Below are positions 12,975 through 26,886 of a stretch of 64,000 nucleotides of DNA, one piece after another; position 1 is the stretch's first letter, and every line of letters begins with the position of its first letter. The stretch comes from Chrysomallon squamiferum (Eukaryota; Animalia; Mollusca). The position numbers and the translations under genes are program-made. The stretch lies in NCBI GenBank assembly GCA_012295275.1, contig CM022677.1, positions 3,906,001 to 3,970,000 on the forward strand. The letters are read 5' to 3'. Below the pieces are notes generated by a model, which did not search any database, was not told the DNA's origin, and was given only the letters and a program-made list of their open reading frames with translations.

Positions 12975-15900
12975 CACAGAACTTACAAACCAGTTAGATT
13001 CGTCACCTTCCAGGCCACTCAGAACTTACAAACCAGTTAGATTCGTCAACTTCCAGGGCCACACAGAACTTACAAACCAGTTAGATTCATCAACTTCCAG
13101 GGCCACACAGAACTTACAAACCAGTTAGATTCATCAACTTCCAGGGCCACACAGAACTTACAAACCAGTTAGATTCATCAACTTCCAGGGCCACACAGAA
13201 CTTACAAACCAGTTAGATTCATCAACTTCCAGGGCCACACAGAACTTACAAACCAGTTAGATTCATCAACTTCCAGGCCACACAGAACTTACAAACCAGT
13301 TAGATTCGTCAACTTCCAGGGCCACACAGAACTTACAAACCAGTTAGATTCGTCAACTTCCAGGGCCACACAGAACTTACAAACCAGTTAGATTCGTCAA
13401 CTTCCAGGGCCACACAGAACTTACCAGTTAGAACTTCCAGGGCCACACAGAACTTACAAACCAGTTAGATTCATCAACTTCCAGGCCACACAGAACTTAC
13501 AAACCAGTTAGATTCATCAACTTCCAGGGCCACACAGAACTTACAAACCAGTTAGATTCATCAACTTCCAGGGCCACACAGAACTTACAAACCAGTTAGA
13601 TTTGTCAACTTCCAGGGCCACACAGAACTTACAAACCAGTTAGATTCGTCAACTTCCAGGGCCACACAGAACTTACAAACCAGTTAGATTCGTCAACTTC
13701 CACACAGAACTTACAAACCAGTTAGATTCATCAACTTCCACACAGAACTTACAAACCAGTTAGATTCATCAACTTCCACACAGAACTTACAAACCAGTTA
13801 GATTCGTCAACTTCCACACAGAACTTACAAACCAGTTAGATTCGTCAACTTCCACACAGAACTTACAAACCAGTTAGATTCATCAACTTCCAGGGCCACA
13901 CAGAACTTACAAACCAGTTAGATTCATCAACTTCCAGGGCCACACAGAACTTACAAACCAGTTAGATTCGTCAACTTCCACACAGAACTTACAAACCAGT
14001 TAGATTCATCAACTTCCAGGGCCACACAGAACTTACAAACCAGTTAGATTCGTCAACTTCCACACAGAACTTACAAACCAGTTAGATTCATCAACTTCCA
14101 GGCCACACAGAACTTACAAACCAGTTAGATTCATCAACTTCCACACACAGAACTTACAAACCAGTTAGATTCGTCAACTTCCAGGGCCACACAGAACTTA
14201 CAAACCAGTTAGATTCGTCAACTTCCAGGGCCACACAGAACTTACAAACCAGTTAGATTCGTCAACTTCCAGGCCACACAGAACTTACAAACCAGTTAGA
14301 TTCATCAACTTCCACACAGAACTTACAAACCAGTTAGATTCGTCAACTTCCAGGGCCACACAGAACTTACAAACCAGTTAGATTTGTCAACTTCCAGGGC
14401 CACACAGAACTTACAAACCAGTTAGATTCGTCAACTTCCAGGCCACACAGAACTTACAAACCAGTTAGATTCGTCAACTTCCACACAGAACTTACAAACC
14501 AGTTAGATTCATCAACTTCCAGGCCACACAGAACTTACAAACCAGTTAGATTCATCAACTTCCAGGGCAGCACAGAACTTACAAACCAGTTAGATTCGTC
14601 AACTTCCAGGGCCACACAGAACTTACAAACCAGTTAGATTCATCAACTTCCAGGGCCACACAGAACTTACAAACCAGTTAGATTTGTCAACTTCCAGGGC
14701 CACACAGAACTTACAAACCAGTTAGATTCGTCAACTTCCAGGGCCACACAGAACTTACAAACCAGTTAGATTCGTCAACTTCCAGGCCACACAGAACTTA
14801 CAAACCAGTTAGATTCATCAACTTCCAGGGCCACACAGAACTTACAAACCAGTTAGATTCATCAACTTCCAGGCCACACAGAACTTACAAACCAGTTAGA
14901 TTCGTCAACTTCCAGGCCACACAGAACTTACAAACCAGTTAGATTCATCAACTTCCAGGGCCACACAGAACTTACAAACCAGTTAGATTCATCAACTTCC
15001 ACACAGAACTTACAAACCAGTTAGATTCGTCAACTTCCACACAGAACTTACAAACCAGTTAGATTCATCAACTTCCAGGGCCACACAGAACTTACAAACC
15101 AGTTAGATTCGTCAACTTCCAGGCCACACAGAACTTACAAACCAGTTAGATTCATCAACTTCCACACAGAACTTACAAACCAGTTAGATTCATCAACTTC
15201 CACACAGAACTTACAAACCAGTTAGATTCATCAACTTCCAGGGCCACACAGAACTTACAAACCAGTTAGATTCATCAACTTCCAGGGCCACACAGAACTT
15301 ACAAACCAGTTAGATTCGTCAACTTCCAGGGCCACACAGAACTTACAAACCAGTTAGATTCATCAACTTCCAGGGCCACACAGAACTTACAAACCAGTTA
15401 GATTCGTCAACTTCCACACAGAACTTACAAACCAGTTAGATTCATCAACTTCCACACAGAACTTACAAACCAGTTAGATTCATCAACTTCCACACAGAAC
15501 TTACAAACCAGTTAGATTCGTCAGTTAGATTCATCAACTTCCACACAGAACTTACAAACCAGTTAGATTCATCAACTTCCACACAGAACTTACAAACCAG
15601 TTAGATTCATCAACTTCCACACAGAACTTACAAACCAGTTAGATTCATCAACTTCCACACAGAACTTACAAACCAGTTAGATTCATCAACTTCCACACAG
15701 AACTTACAAACCAGTTATATTCATCAACTTCCACACAGAACTTACAAACCAGTTAGATTCGTCAACTTCCACACAGAACTTACAAACCAGTTAGATTCAT
15801 CAACTTCCACACAGAACTTACAAACCAGTTAGATTCATCAACTTCCAGGGCCACACAGAACTTACAAACCAGTTAGATTCATCAACTTCCAGGGCCACAC

Positions 15901-16189
15901 AGAACTTACAAACCAGTTAGATTCGTCAACTTCCACACAGAACTTACAAACCAGTTAGATTCGTCAACTTCCAGGGCCACACAGAACTTACAAACCAGTT
16001 AGATTCGTCAACTTCCACACAGAACTTACAAACCAGTTAGATTCATCAACTTCCACACAGAACTTACAAACCAGTTAGATTCATCAACTTCCAGGGCCAC
16101 ACAGAACTTACAAACCAGTTATATTCATCAACTTCCAGGCCACACAGAACTTACAAACCAGTTAGATTCATCAACTTCCAGGGCCACAC
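12975..16189. repeat. 3.2-kb minisatellite of 44/43/38-bp unit variants (roughly 75-80 copies)
   Basis: Unit CACACAGAACTTACAAACCAGTTAGATTC(A/G)TCAACTTC with or without AGG(G)CC; very homogeneous. Confidence 0.98.
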
Positions 16190-18439
16190 TGAGGCAGACT
16201 GCACTGTAGAGGAAGTAGTTTTTATGAAGGTGAAGATACTTCTTTCTGTCTTTTTTTTTTTTTTTTTAAATTAAATGTCTATTTTAGTGATAAAAATCCA
16301 GAGATTGCCAAGTAAATATTTAATTTTATTGTTTGTTCTTGTTTTTGTTTCTTTTATAATTCTTGATTGTTAATAAATTATAGAGGGAAGCTATTATTGT
16401 TATATATTCTTCTCTTCTTCTTTTAGAATTCTGTTATTTAATCAGAATTTTATTTTGTATTATTATGATATTGTACTTTTTTACTGTTAATATAATGTAA
16501 TATCTTATTATGATTATTATTATTAGTAGTATTTTATATATTTGTCTTATTAGAATTATTATTAATATTACTACTGCTATTATTTGTATCATTATTAGTC
16601 TTATTATAATGTATATTGTTATTATTACTACTACTACAACTACTTCTATTACAACTACTACTGTTGTTTTTATTGCTGTTACAACTGCTATTCCTGCTCC
16701 TCCTGCTCTCCTGCTACTACTACTGCTGCTACTACTACCACTGCTACTACTACTGCTCCTACTACTACAACTGCTTTGATTTGCCAGGAACCAGTTACTC
16801 GTTCAAACAGTGGAATAGCATGGATGCTGATGTCTGATTCTGTGTCTGTAGACAAGGAGATAGATTACTACAACAGAGTGGAGGTATTCCATTTAAATCA
16901 TCAATATATGATTTATTATATATAAATGTCATTTGATTTACCTTCTACTCCCAGTATGTCAGTCTCTTGCTCGTTCTGTTTGCCATTCATAGTGTCAAGG
17001 ATTAACATAAAAGTTGATGATGTTAAAAGTACAGAACTGCAGGCAAAAGTCAGGTATAGTGATAATGTCATTGTCTTTTTTATCTCTAGCTCACTATCTC
17101 TAATTTTCTCCTAGCCTCTCTGATTCTCTCTTTCACTTTCTTTCTTTCTTTCACTGTCTTTCCCTATTCATAAACTGTATATGCATAATTATGATACCTA
17201 GGTTTAAACAAAGTAGCTGGTTTTTGCCTTGATGCTCATGGAAAGGCTCACATATAACAAAACAACTAAACAAAATTAATGGTAACTGATAAACAAAATA
17301 AAAAATAAAACATTTCAGAAAAAATCCTTTCATTTGTAATTATATGTATTGGTATCATTTGCTTGTGAAATGGTCAGGAGTGAAAGCTTATTTTTAAATA
17401 ACTGTGAGATTTTTTATAGCTATTGTTTTTACAAACTTAACGAATAAATGAATGAATGCTTAAAGCATATCAGCTACTGGGTGACAAACAAAGATAAATA
17501 TAACAATACAAACTGTACAAACCAATACCTAATTACAGTAATATTAAATATTGAAATGTTTTTCTCAGACAAGAAGTGGAGAAGAGGATGAGCTAATTGT
17601 GCAGAACACAGAGGAGTCATGGAAACGTCACACTTACAGATTAGCTCACCCCGTGTACACTGAAGTAGAACTTGGTGAAAGTGATTGTGTAGTTTATCTG
17701 ATGAAAGAAAACTGTTTTCAATTACAGTTCTGTCAGGTACATTCTGAGAGAATAGTATTTTTTCTCTTTTCCAGTTTGTATTAGGATAAAATAATATTAT
17801 TTAATATTCTGAATTTTCTGACATATTTTATTTTGTTCTGCTTGTCTGATAATAAAGCGATATTGTTGATAATATATCAAGTTTTTTCCCTGATTATAGA
17901 GGTTAAGTTTTCTATGCCATTCTGCATTTTCTGATATAGATAATGTCAATTCCACTTCATAGAAAATGATTTTAAAACTGTTCAAACTAAATTTTCTGAT
18001 ACAAAGAATGATAATTTCAACAGCTTAACTGATGAATACTGCCTCTATCCAGTGTTCTGATATAGAAAATAATACTTTATATCATCCTGTTTGTATGATT
18101 TTTTTAATGCTCTATTCAACATTTCTGATGTAGAGAATAACTTGATAAAACATGCTGTTAATTACTCACACTGATACTGATAATTATGTGCTGATCAAAT
18201 AAACTGACCAAAGTTTATAAAGGAAATCATATATTTATTAGGTTTGTTTTTTCAGAGTTTGATCTTTATCTTTGTTGTTTTCATTGACCAATTATTGACA
18301 GTTATCGTAAGAAGTGTTTTTGATAATATAAGTTATTATTTATGTTCTGCACTGTATGTGTGAGGATGTATGTCAGTATGTATGTTGGTGTATCTGTGTG
18401 TATGTTGCCTAAGTGAATGTGAGTCTGTGTCTATTTGTG

Positions 18440-18915
18440 TGTGTGTGTGTTCTGTTGTGTGATTATTGTAATGTTTGTATATGTGTTATTTTCTGTGTTT
18501 GTTTTGTGTCTTGTATTGGTGTGTGTGTTTTCTGTTGTGTGATTATTGTAATGTTTGTATATGTGTTATTTTCTGTGTTTGTTTTGTGTCTTGTATTGGT
18601 GTGTGTGTTTTCTGTTGTGTGATTATTGTAATGTTTGTATATGTGTTATTTTTCTGTGTTTTTTTTGTCTTGTCTTTGGTGTGTGTGTTTTCTGTTGTGT
18701 GATTATTGTAATGTTTGTATATGTGTTATTTTCTGTGTTTGTTTTGTGTCTTGTATTGGTGTGTGTGTTTTCTGTTGTGTGATTATTGTAATGTTTGTAT
18801 ATGTGTTATTTTCTGTGTTTGTTTTGTGTCTTGTATTGGTGTGTGTGTTTTCTGTTGTGTGATTATTGTAATGTTTGTATATGTGTTATTTTCTGTGTTT
18901 GTTTTGTGTCTTGTA
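18440..18915. repeat. 80-bp TG-rich minisatellite, ~6 copies
   Basis: TCTGTTGTGTGATTATTGTAATGTTTGTATATGTGTTATTTTCTGTG... repeats every 80 nt. Confidence 0.95.
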
Positions 18916-19508
18916 TGTGAGTGTATGTGAGTGCATGCTTTTATATGCCTGCATATATATGCACAAAATAGAAAATAAACTCGGCAAATAAACCATCAAA
19001 TCAATTTATTTAGCAGACGTTAAAAAAAGAAAAAACAAATGTCTAGATTAATTTTTATTGCTAGCTCCTGTTAAATAATGTAAATAATGTAATTAAATAA
19101 TTATTAGTAATAATTTAAAACAGGTAAAAAAATAAATATATAAGTAACAGCTATGGTTAAATTATATTTTCTTTTTACATTGTTTTTGTAATTTGCTTAT
19201 AATGCACATGTAATTTGACAGTATCAGTATTATGTTTTTTTATAGGCATTTTTAATTAATTAATTTTTATATTTGTTACAATGTTGCTGTTGAATTTGAA
19301 TTTTTAATTCATTATTACTGATTCTTGGTAAATAAAAAAATATAAAATTCTTTTCAGGGTGTTTTTATTTTAATTTGGGTGGGAAATTGTATTTGCTTTC
19401 TAAAACTTTATTTCATGTTTTAACAATATAAAGTTTTATCAAAAGAGAGTTATTTCCCTTATGTTATGAAAATTATTATCCATGGTCAGTTGCTTATAAT
19501 ATTCATAA

Positions 19509-19591
<83 letters not shown>

Positions 19592-22500
19592 CAATAATAA
19601 TAATAATAATAAAAAATAAATAATATTAATTGGTAATACTAAAACAGGTTGATTTCTGATTCAAATACAAATTGTATTTTTTTTTTTTTTTTATCTGCAT
19701 ACTGGGGTATTCATTCACACAAAACAGGACAAATTACAAAATAAAACTTAAATGATATGTATACCTTGTGAAGCCAATAAATGTATAACATTGGTCTAGG
19801 CATTGTTTAAATTGTAACTCAGCAAAATCATGAGTAATAGTGAATGAAAGCTATTAAATTTTACAAGCAAAAATACATTTTAAATGGAATAACAAGTGTT
19901 GTCAAATATTTATTTCATGGAAGACTCAAAAATGATAACAGTAATAATGTATTTAAATATGTACATAATCAAAAATTAATACTTGTGTGTGTACATGTAC
20001 ATACAGGAGTACATTTGTGTACATGTGAGTGTGTTTGTGTTAATACATACAGATATACACACATATACACAAAAGAAAAACATTTATATAAATTTCTTTA
20101 TTAGTATAAATCTAATGTGTTGTATATCAATTATTTAGAAAATTCTATTAAACTGTATTTATTACTAATTTTATCTCAAGCAAATCAAGCAATATTAATT
20201 TAAATTCAAAAGTAATAATAATTGTGTAAATTATCAGTTAATATATATATATATATATTTTTTTTTACAAATTATATAAATAGAAATTTAAATACCTGAA
20301 ATAAATGATACAAATGAATACAATATTTTCGTTTTACGTTCAATCACGAGCTTCCCTAAGCCATGTTGATCAGTTGACATGCAGACGTCATACGTACATG
20401 TGATGTTCAGGTTGTCTTGTCTCGTTTGTTTCTATTTAGACTTAACCCTTTTGTGATTTACCTTTCAGTGCGTCAAAACGAATAAAAGTACACCGACGAA
20501 TGCTGATGATTAAAGAGAAATGGAAGACAAAAACTTTAGAAACAAAATACAATATCTTAAATGAACACAAAACCCACGAACAGCGGCATATAATTATTTC
20601 TTAATGTATTTGTAAAAAATTATTTGTAAACGATTTACTGTTTTGTTTAATATCTATGATCTATTAAATCATTTATGTCTACATTGCCGTTTTATTTCTC
20701 CTTATTTAACTTTTTTTTTTTTTTTTGGTCAAATTTCAATCATGAAGAACGTAACCACTGGTTTAATCTTAAAATTAGTCTCCCGCTTAACGATATCTCA
20801 CTTAAGGAACGGAAGAATAAAAACGAATAATGACGAAATCGTAAAACAACCCCCCCCAAAAAAAAACCCCAAAACACCCAAACAGGTCACCACTTAGAGA
20901 AACGTACATCCTCACAAAGAATCAGCTGTTAGTCTACCATGGAATTTTTGCTTAAAATTTTTTTTTTTTAGTGACTAAAATCGAGTTTTCCTGCGATGAA
21001 ATTTCCGAGATCACCAGTGTTGTCAGATCTGCAATATTCACAAGAATGCACCTTGAAGTATTCCAAAACTATCTTCTTTATTTTGTATTTTAATCTCAAC
21101 TTGTAAAAGTAACCGTTGCGACTTTAGAAGACTGTAATTATAAACAATAGATAGATAATAAAATGTATCTCACCTTTCTCTGCCATATAGCCTTTTCTTT
21201 TTACAATTTTTGTTAATTGAATAACAAGGCAGCACATCTAATTATCACTCTAATATGTTGTGTAAGTAATTGAAAACCACATTAATTTCTAGCGATCAAG
21301 CCTTTACACTCTAAAAACGTTTATATATAAAGAAGACTTTTGAAGGTTTTGTCGTCAACCTTTAATTAATTCTCACCTAATTTTCTGCCGATAACTTGAA
21401 TACCACAACAGTATTTATCCTTTGGTTAAAAGCAGTGGAGTAAAAACGTGAACTTTTATTTTAATAAAAAATTGCATATTATTCGTGGGGCAGTGATGCT
21501 ATGTTTTAGTATTTATATTCTGCAGTAATCATGAAAGGGAGATATATTGCAGAAATTGAAGTATATTTCACTGAAAACATGTATTTTTAGTCTCAATTTA
21601 GTTTTATGAACAGCACATATCACAAACTAAACGGTAAATCTCAAGCTTAGAAAACGCTGATAAAAAAATTTAAAAAAAAAAAAGAATAGAAGAAAAGTCA
21701 TGTTTAGTCATTTATTCTCAAATTATCATAAGCGTAGTTTTTAATTCAACGAAAATAACTTAATATTTTATTAATTACATTAATAACTCAAGATAATTTG
21801 TTAATATTAATACCTGCTACATATTTTTAATTATTCTTTCCGGTTCCATAAAATAGATCTGCATAACTGTGAGCTATCAGAAAAGGAAAATTATTAAAGA
21901 AATCTAAATATTTACATAGTGTAGGTATTGCTTTTTGAGTGCGCGTAATGCAATATAGAAACACTGTCATACGTTGTTTTGTTATTTTATTATGCGGGCA
22001 ATATCTTAGTGGAATAAACTTAATAAAATAAACTGTTTTCTCTGTTACTAATAAATCAAAGAAAATTACCGATATGCTGTTTCAAATTATTGGCCAAAAC
22101 TTTTGCGTGATCGTGATGAAGTAAGCTGATGTATTCTTAAATTTTTTTTTTATAAATGTCACATAATAAATATATCCTTTATAAACACAGTGGTGTCGGT
22201 ATCAGAAGCTTTTTACAGGAAAACGTGAGAATTAATTACACGTTGATATTTAAATTTAATTCTACTTGGAGAGCTATGAGTGCAATTGAAAACAATTGAA
22301 AACAGAAAATGTTTTGTTGCTTTTTTTTTTTTATAATTTTTTACCGAAACTGCCGCATGTTATCTAAAATAATTTTATGGTTGCTGTTAGTTTCATTTTT
22401 ACATCTTCGAATGTTTTTTTTATTCATGGTAGAGTTTTTGATAGTGTACAACTAATGAAGTAATCGAGACCTGTTTTCGACTCGCATGTCACTTTACGTC

Positions 22501-23261
22501 TGCTACAAAAGCTGACGGTGTAATAAGAACTATTCGTTTATTAATGAGATTAGGCGTAACTGAAAACAGACGAAGAAACACGACAGAGCGCTCAATCATT
22601 GAAATACAGTGCCTTAAATTATAATATTTATATCAATTTTCATTTTCGTAAATAAGCTTAATATTATTTTTCTTTAGCACTGCATCATTTAATGATTTTG
22701 ATTTTGATTTATTTATTTATTGTTAGTAATTTTTTTTTCAATCCACACAGCACAAAACAGGACTGTTTTTCTATTATTATCTGAAGCAGTAAGTTATACT
22801 ACTTTTACAATGAAAAGAAAAAAATACTTTTTGTTCTTTTTTTATTAAGATTTTCTTTAAAAGCGTGAGTGAGAGAGAAATAGGTTTGTTGAATGAGAGT
22901 ATTAAAATAATAATAATTATAATATATTTGCATTTTTACGAGCAACAGTAAAAATGCAAATGTATTAAATTTTTGCTGTGAAATATGAATAATAAATAGG
23001 AAATTAACTCAGAATATTCTGCGTTTTTCATTATCAACAATGGAATATATTTATATATCCATTTCAAAAATCCAGTTTCTTTCACAATAAACAGCGAAAT
23101 CTTATGACGAACAATGAAGATTAAAAAACAAGAGAGAGAGAGAGAGAGTTTGGTACAGATAAAAATAAACTTAAAGACAGACTGACAGAATATAGAACTA
23201 TTTATAAATAGATGAATAACAGACTCATAGAAAGGAACAAAGATAAATAGAAAGCCAAAGA

Positions 23262-24192
23262 GGAACGTAAACAGAGAGCCAGAGGAACAGAGAGCGAGAG
23301 AGAGTTTAGTTAGGAACGTAAACAGAGAGACAGAGGAACAGAGAGCGAGAGAGAGTTTAGTTAGGAACGTAAACAGAGAGACAGAGGAACAGAGAGCGAG
23401 AGAGAGTTTAGTTAGGAACGTAAACAGAGAGACAGAGGAACAGAGAGCAGAGAGAGAGTTTAGTTAGGAACGTAAACAGATAGACAGAGGAACAGAGAGC
23501 GAGAGAGAGAGTTTAGTTAGGAACGTAAACAGAGAGACAGAGGAACAGAGAGAGAGAGAGTTTAGTTAGGAACGTAAACAGAGACAGAGGAACAGAGAGA
23601 GAGAGAGAGAGTTTAGTTAGGAACGTAAACAGATAGACAGAGGAACAGAGAGAGAGAGAGAGAGTTTAGTTAGGAACGTAAACAGAGAGACAGAGGAACA
23701 GAGAGAGCGAGAGAGAGTTTAGTTAGGAACGTAAACAGATAGACAGAGGAACAGAGAGCGAGAGAGAGTTTAGTTAGGAACGTAAACAGAGAGACAGAGA
23801 GGAACAGAGAGCGAGAGAGAGTTTAGTTAGGAACGTAAACAGATAGACAGAGGAACAGAGAGCAGAGAGAGAGAGTTTAGTTAGGAACGTAAACAGAGAG
23901 ACAGAGGAACAGAGAGCGAGAGAGAGTTTAGTTAGGAACGTAAACAGATAGACAGAGGAACAGAGAGCGAGAGAGAGTTTAGTTAGGAACGTAAACAGAG
24001 AGACAGAGGAACAGAGAGCGAGAGAGAGTTTAGTTAGGAACGTAAACAGAGAGACAGAGGAACAGAGAGCGAGAGAGAGTTTAGTTAGGAACGTAAACAG
24101 AGAGACAGAGGAACAGAGAGCGAGAGAGAGTTTAGTTAGGAACGTAAACAGATAGACAGAGGAACAGAGAGCGAGAGAGAGTTTAGTTAGGA
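23262..24192. repeat. ~51-bp purine-rich minisatellite, ~18 copies
   Basis: GGAACGTAAACAGA(G/T)AGACAGAGGAACAGAGAGCGAGAGAGAGTTTAGTTA, with variable internal (GA)n. Confidence 0.95.
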
Positions 24193-24799
24193 GGTACATG
24201 AACGGAAAGAGAATTACGGATTGAAAGAAAATGCGACAAGTAGGTATATTAGATACAATAATAATATATTTTAATATAGCATGGCACGCTCAGAAAATAA
24301 GTAGACAAATACCCTTAGGAAGAATGCCGGTACGACGGCAACGACTGCGACATTAATAGAAATTACAGTACTATATTTTAGAAGGCGATACGCCACCTCC
24401 ATGGATACAGTGAGGCGCTTATTTGTCAAGAATGTGATGATGTCTGAAAAGTAATTGCTTCTATAATTGAAAACCTTTCTGTCCACCATTCCATCCTTTT
24501 ATCCATTTATTTTACTTTCCCAATTCTTCTTTGCACCAAAACTTTCATCATCTAACACTCCATCCATCCTTACCTACCTGCATGTTTCTATATATCTATC
24601 TCTGTCTATATATTTGTTTTATTTCATTATGTCTGTCTATATATTTGTTTTATTTCATCATCAGTTTCTCTGTTTGTCTATCTATATATCTGTCTGTTTG
24701 TCCGCTTTCTATCTATCTATCTATCTATCTAGCTAGCTAGCTATCTATATCTATCTATATCTATATATATATATATATATGTGTGTGTGGAGAGTGACA

Positions 24800-24958
24800 G
24801 AGAGAGTAAGAAAGCCAGAGTGAAATATTTATGTCATAACTTATTCTTAAGTACATACACTTCTGTCTATACTCTGTTGGCCTGTCAGTCTATCTGTATA
24901 TAGAAAGGGCTTTCAAAGTAATAGCACTGTATCCATCTCTTCATGTATCTTCAGTAAT
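24800..24958 (+). repeat. Dispersed repeat; inverted homolog at ~46400-46600
   Basis: GAGTAAGAAAGCCAGAG..TCATAACTTATTCTT..CTTCTGTCTA..CTCTGTTGGCCTGTC..TAGAAAGGGCTTTCAAA matches the reverse complement of 46400-46600. Confidence 0.8.
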
Positions 24959-26827
24959 TATATATATATCTACACACACACACACATACATATATATATA
25001 AATATTTATATATATATATGTGTGTGTGTGTGTGTTTATGTGTGTTAGAGAGTTTAGATATAGATGGATGGATGGACAACACATATACACACACACTCTG
25101 TATACACTATATACAAACTACATATATAGATACATAGCTACATAGGTTCATGAGTATTAGTATTTATGTTAGAGGACTGGTATATAACTGGATTTGTGAA
25201 TAAGAGAACGTTTATATGTGTGTTAGATTATAGTAGATATCTAGACTGAGATATATATATACACACACATAAACCTATTCACTCATGTATTTATTTATAT
25301 TTAACACACACCCATTTCTTAACACACATATATCTATCAATCATCTGACTCTCTCAAGAATCCAGAAAAAGCACACCGTTTTTCATACACATTATATAAC
25401 CGTTCTCTGTAACACATACAGATACACATAATTTATCTATGTTATCTATGAATATCTATATATATATATATATCTAATTATTGTCTACCTAACCTATCAA
25501 TCTGTCTCTCAAGCGATGAATATGTCTAACTATCTCTATATGAATCTATCTCACTTTCTCAGTTACACATAGCAGTCTTTAATGCACACATACAAAAACA
25601 CACACACACACAAACATCAACACACTCTCTATTTACATCCTTTTTAATTATTTAAAAACACCCTTTCTATCTATTTATCTATCTATAAATATATTTATTT
25701 ATCTATGTATTTATCCCATATACATAAGCAACAGACTCAGTCTTTCCTACAGTTGTGTGGGTATAAAATGTCTCCTTGCATCTATCTATCTTTCTAGTAA
25801 TCTATCTAGCTTTCTTCTGTCTATCAGTTTACCTGTCTGTTATCATCTACCATCTGTCCACCCTTTTTTACACATTACACAATCAACTATAACACACACA
25901 CACACACACACACGTGTAGTAGTTATATATATATATATATATGCATGCGTGTGTTTGTATATTAACACACACCCATTTCTTAACACACATATCTATCTAT
26001 ATAATCTATCAGTCTGTCTAAACATCAATCTACCAACTAGTAACATACCTACTATTACATTATCTCTCTAGCTTATACGCCTATTTTTCAATAACAATCG
26101 ATCAATCATATGTACAGCTACCTGAATATCTAACTATGTACTACTTCAAAGCTTGCTATATTGCTGTATATCTGTCTGTATAATCTATCTGTATTTACCT
26201 CTGTATATTTATCTATATAACCTACCTGTATTTATTTCTCTATATCTGTCTGTATAATCTATCTGTATTTATCTCTGGATATCTAACTATAATCTATCTG
26301 TATTTACCTCTGTATATTTATCTAAATGACCTACCTGTATTTATTTCTCTATATCTGTCTGTATAATCAATCAGTATTTATCTTGTATAGCTACTTATAA
26401 TCTATCAGTTCATCACTAACTCAATCCAAACAGATCATCTCCTCTGTCTGTCTGTGTGTGTGACTGTGTGTGTGTTTATCTATCAAATATATCCTCTCTC
26501 TTAAGTCTATTTCTAACATAAACATTTTCTTACACATATACATCCTCAAATCTACTGCCATACACTTTACCAGCACATTACCTATCTTGCTTGACACCTA
26601 TCCTTCTATCTATCTTTCTGTCTGTCTATTGAACCTACTAACCTGCCTATCTGTTTAGCTTTCTATATAATCTCTCTGTCTATCCTCCATATATATTTCT
26701 CTATCCATCTACATTACATTCCATCAATAACAATCCATGAATCACATATTCATCTTCCTGACTATCTCCGCTGTGGAGTTTTAGCAAAGTAAGTGTTCAC
26801 ATTATGTGCCTAATGAGAATATTCATC

Positions 26828-26844
26828 CACCAGCGTCAGTGAAA

Positions 26845-26886
<42 letters not shown>

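Larger units (their letters stand above)
7800..17736 (+). pseudogene. Degenerate multi-exon gene: ribonuclease-inhibitor-type LRR motifs followed by an RRM-like segment
   Basis: AG..GT-bounded segments: ~7800-7892 (DLCTAVTENSSLTELNISSNQ), ~8288-8401, ~8626-8741 (SSLQELRLNASFL), ~9423-9502 (ELKSLSGNSL), ~10110-10246 (SPLTTLYLNNQ), ~10537-10644, ~10712-10815 (NSQLLTLKLGN), ~12138-12267, 12861-16229, 16788-16883 (EPVTRSNSGIAWMLMSDSVSVDKEI, RNP1-like), 16955-17053, 17569-17736. Several frameshifts and TAG stops. Confidence 0.6.

Noticed and set aside
12975-16189. CRISPR-like appearance of the 38-44-bp array (also the 30-, 48- and 51-bp arrays)
   Set aside because: Head-to-tail units with no unique spacers, no cas genes, and a eukaryotic spliced-gene context.
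17569-17736. YRLAHPVYTE resembling the alternative oxidase N-terminal HPxW/YT motif
   Set aside because: No diiron-domain exons follow; the exon fits better as part of the LRR/RRM pseudogene.
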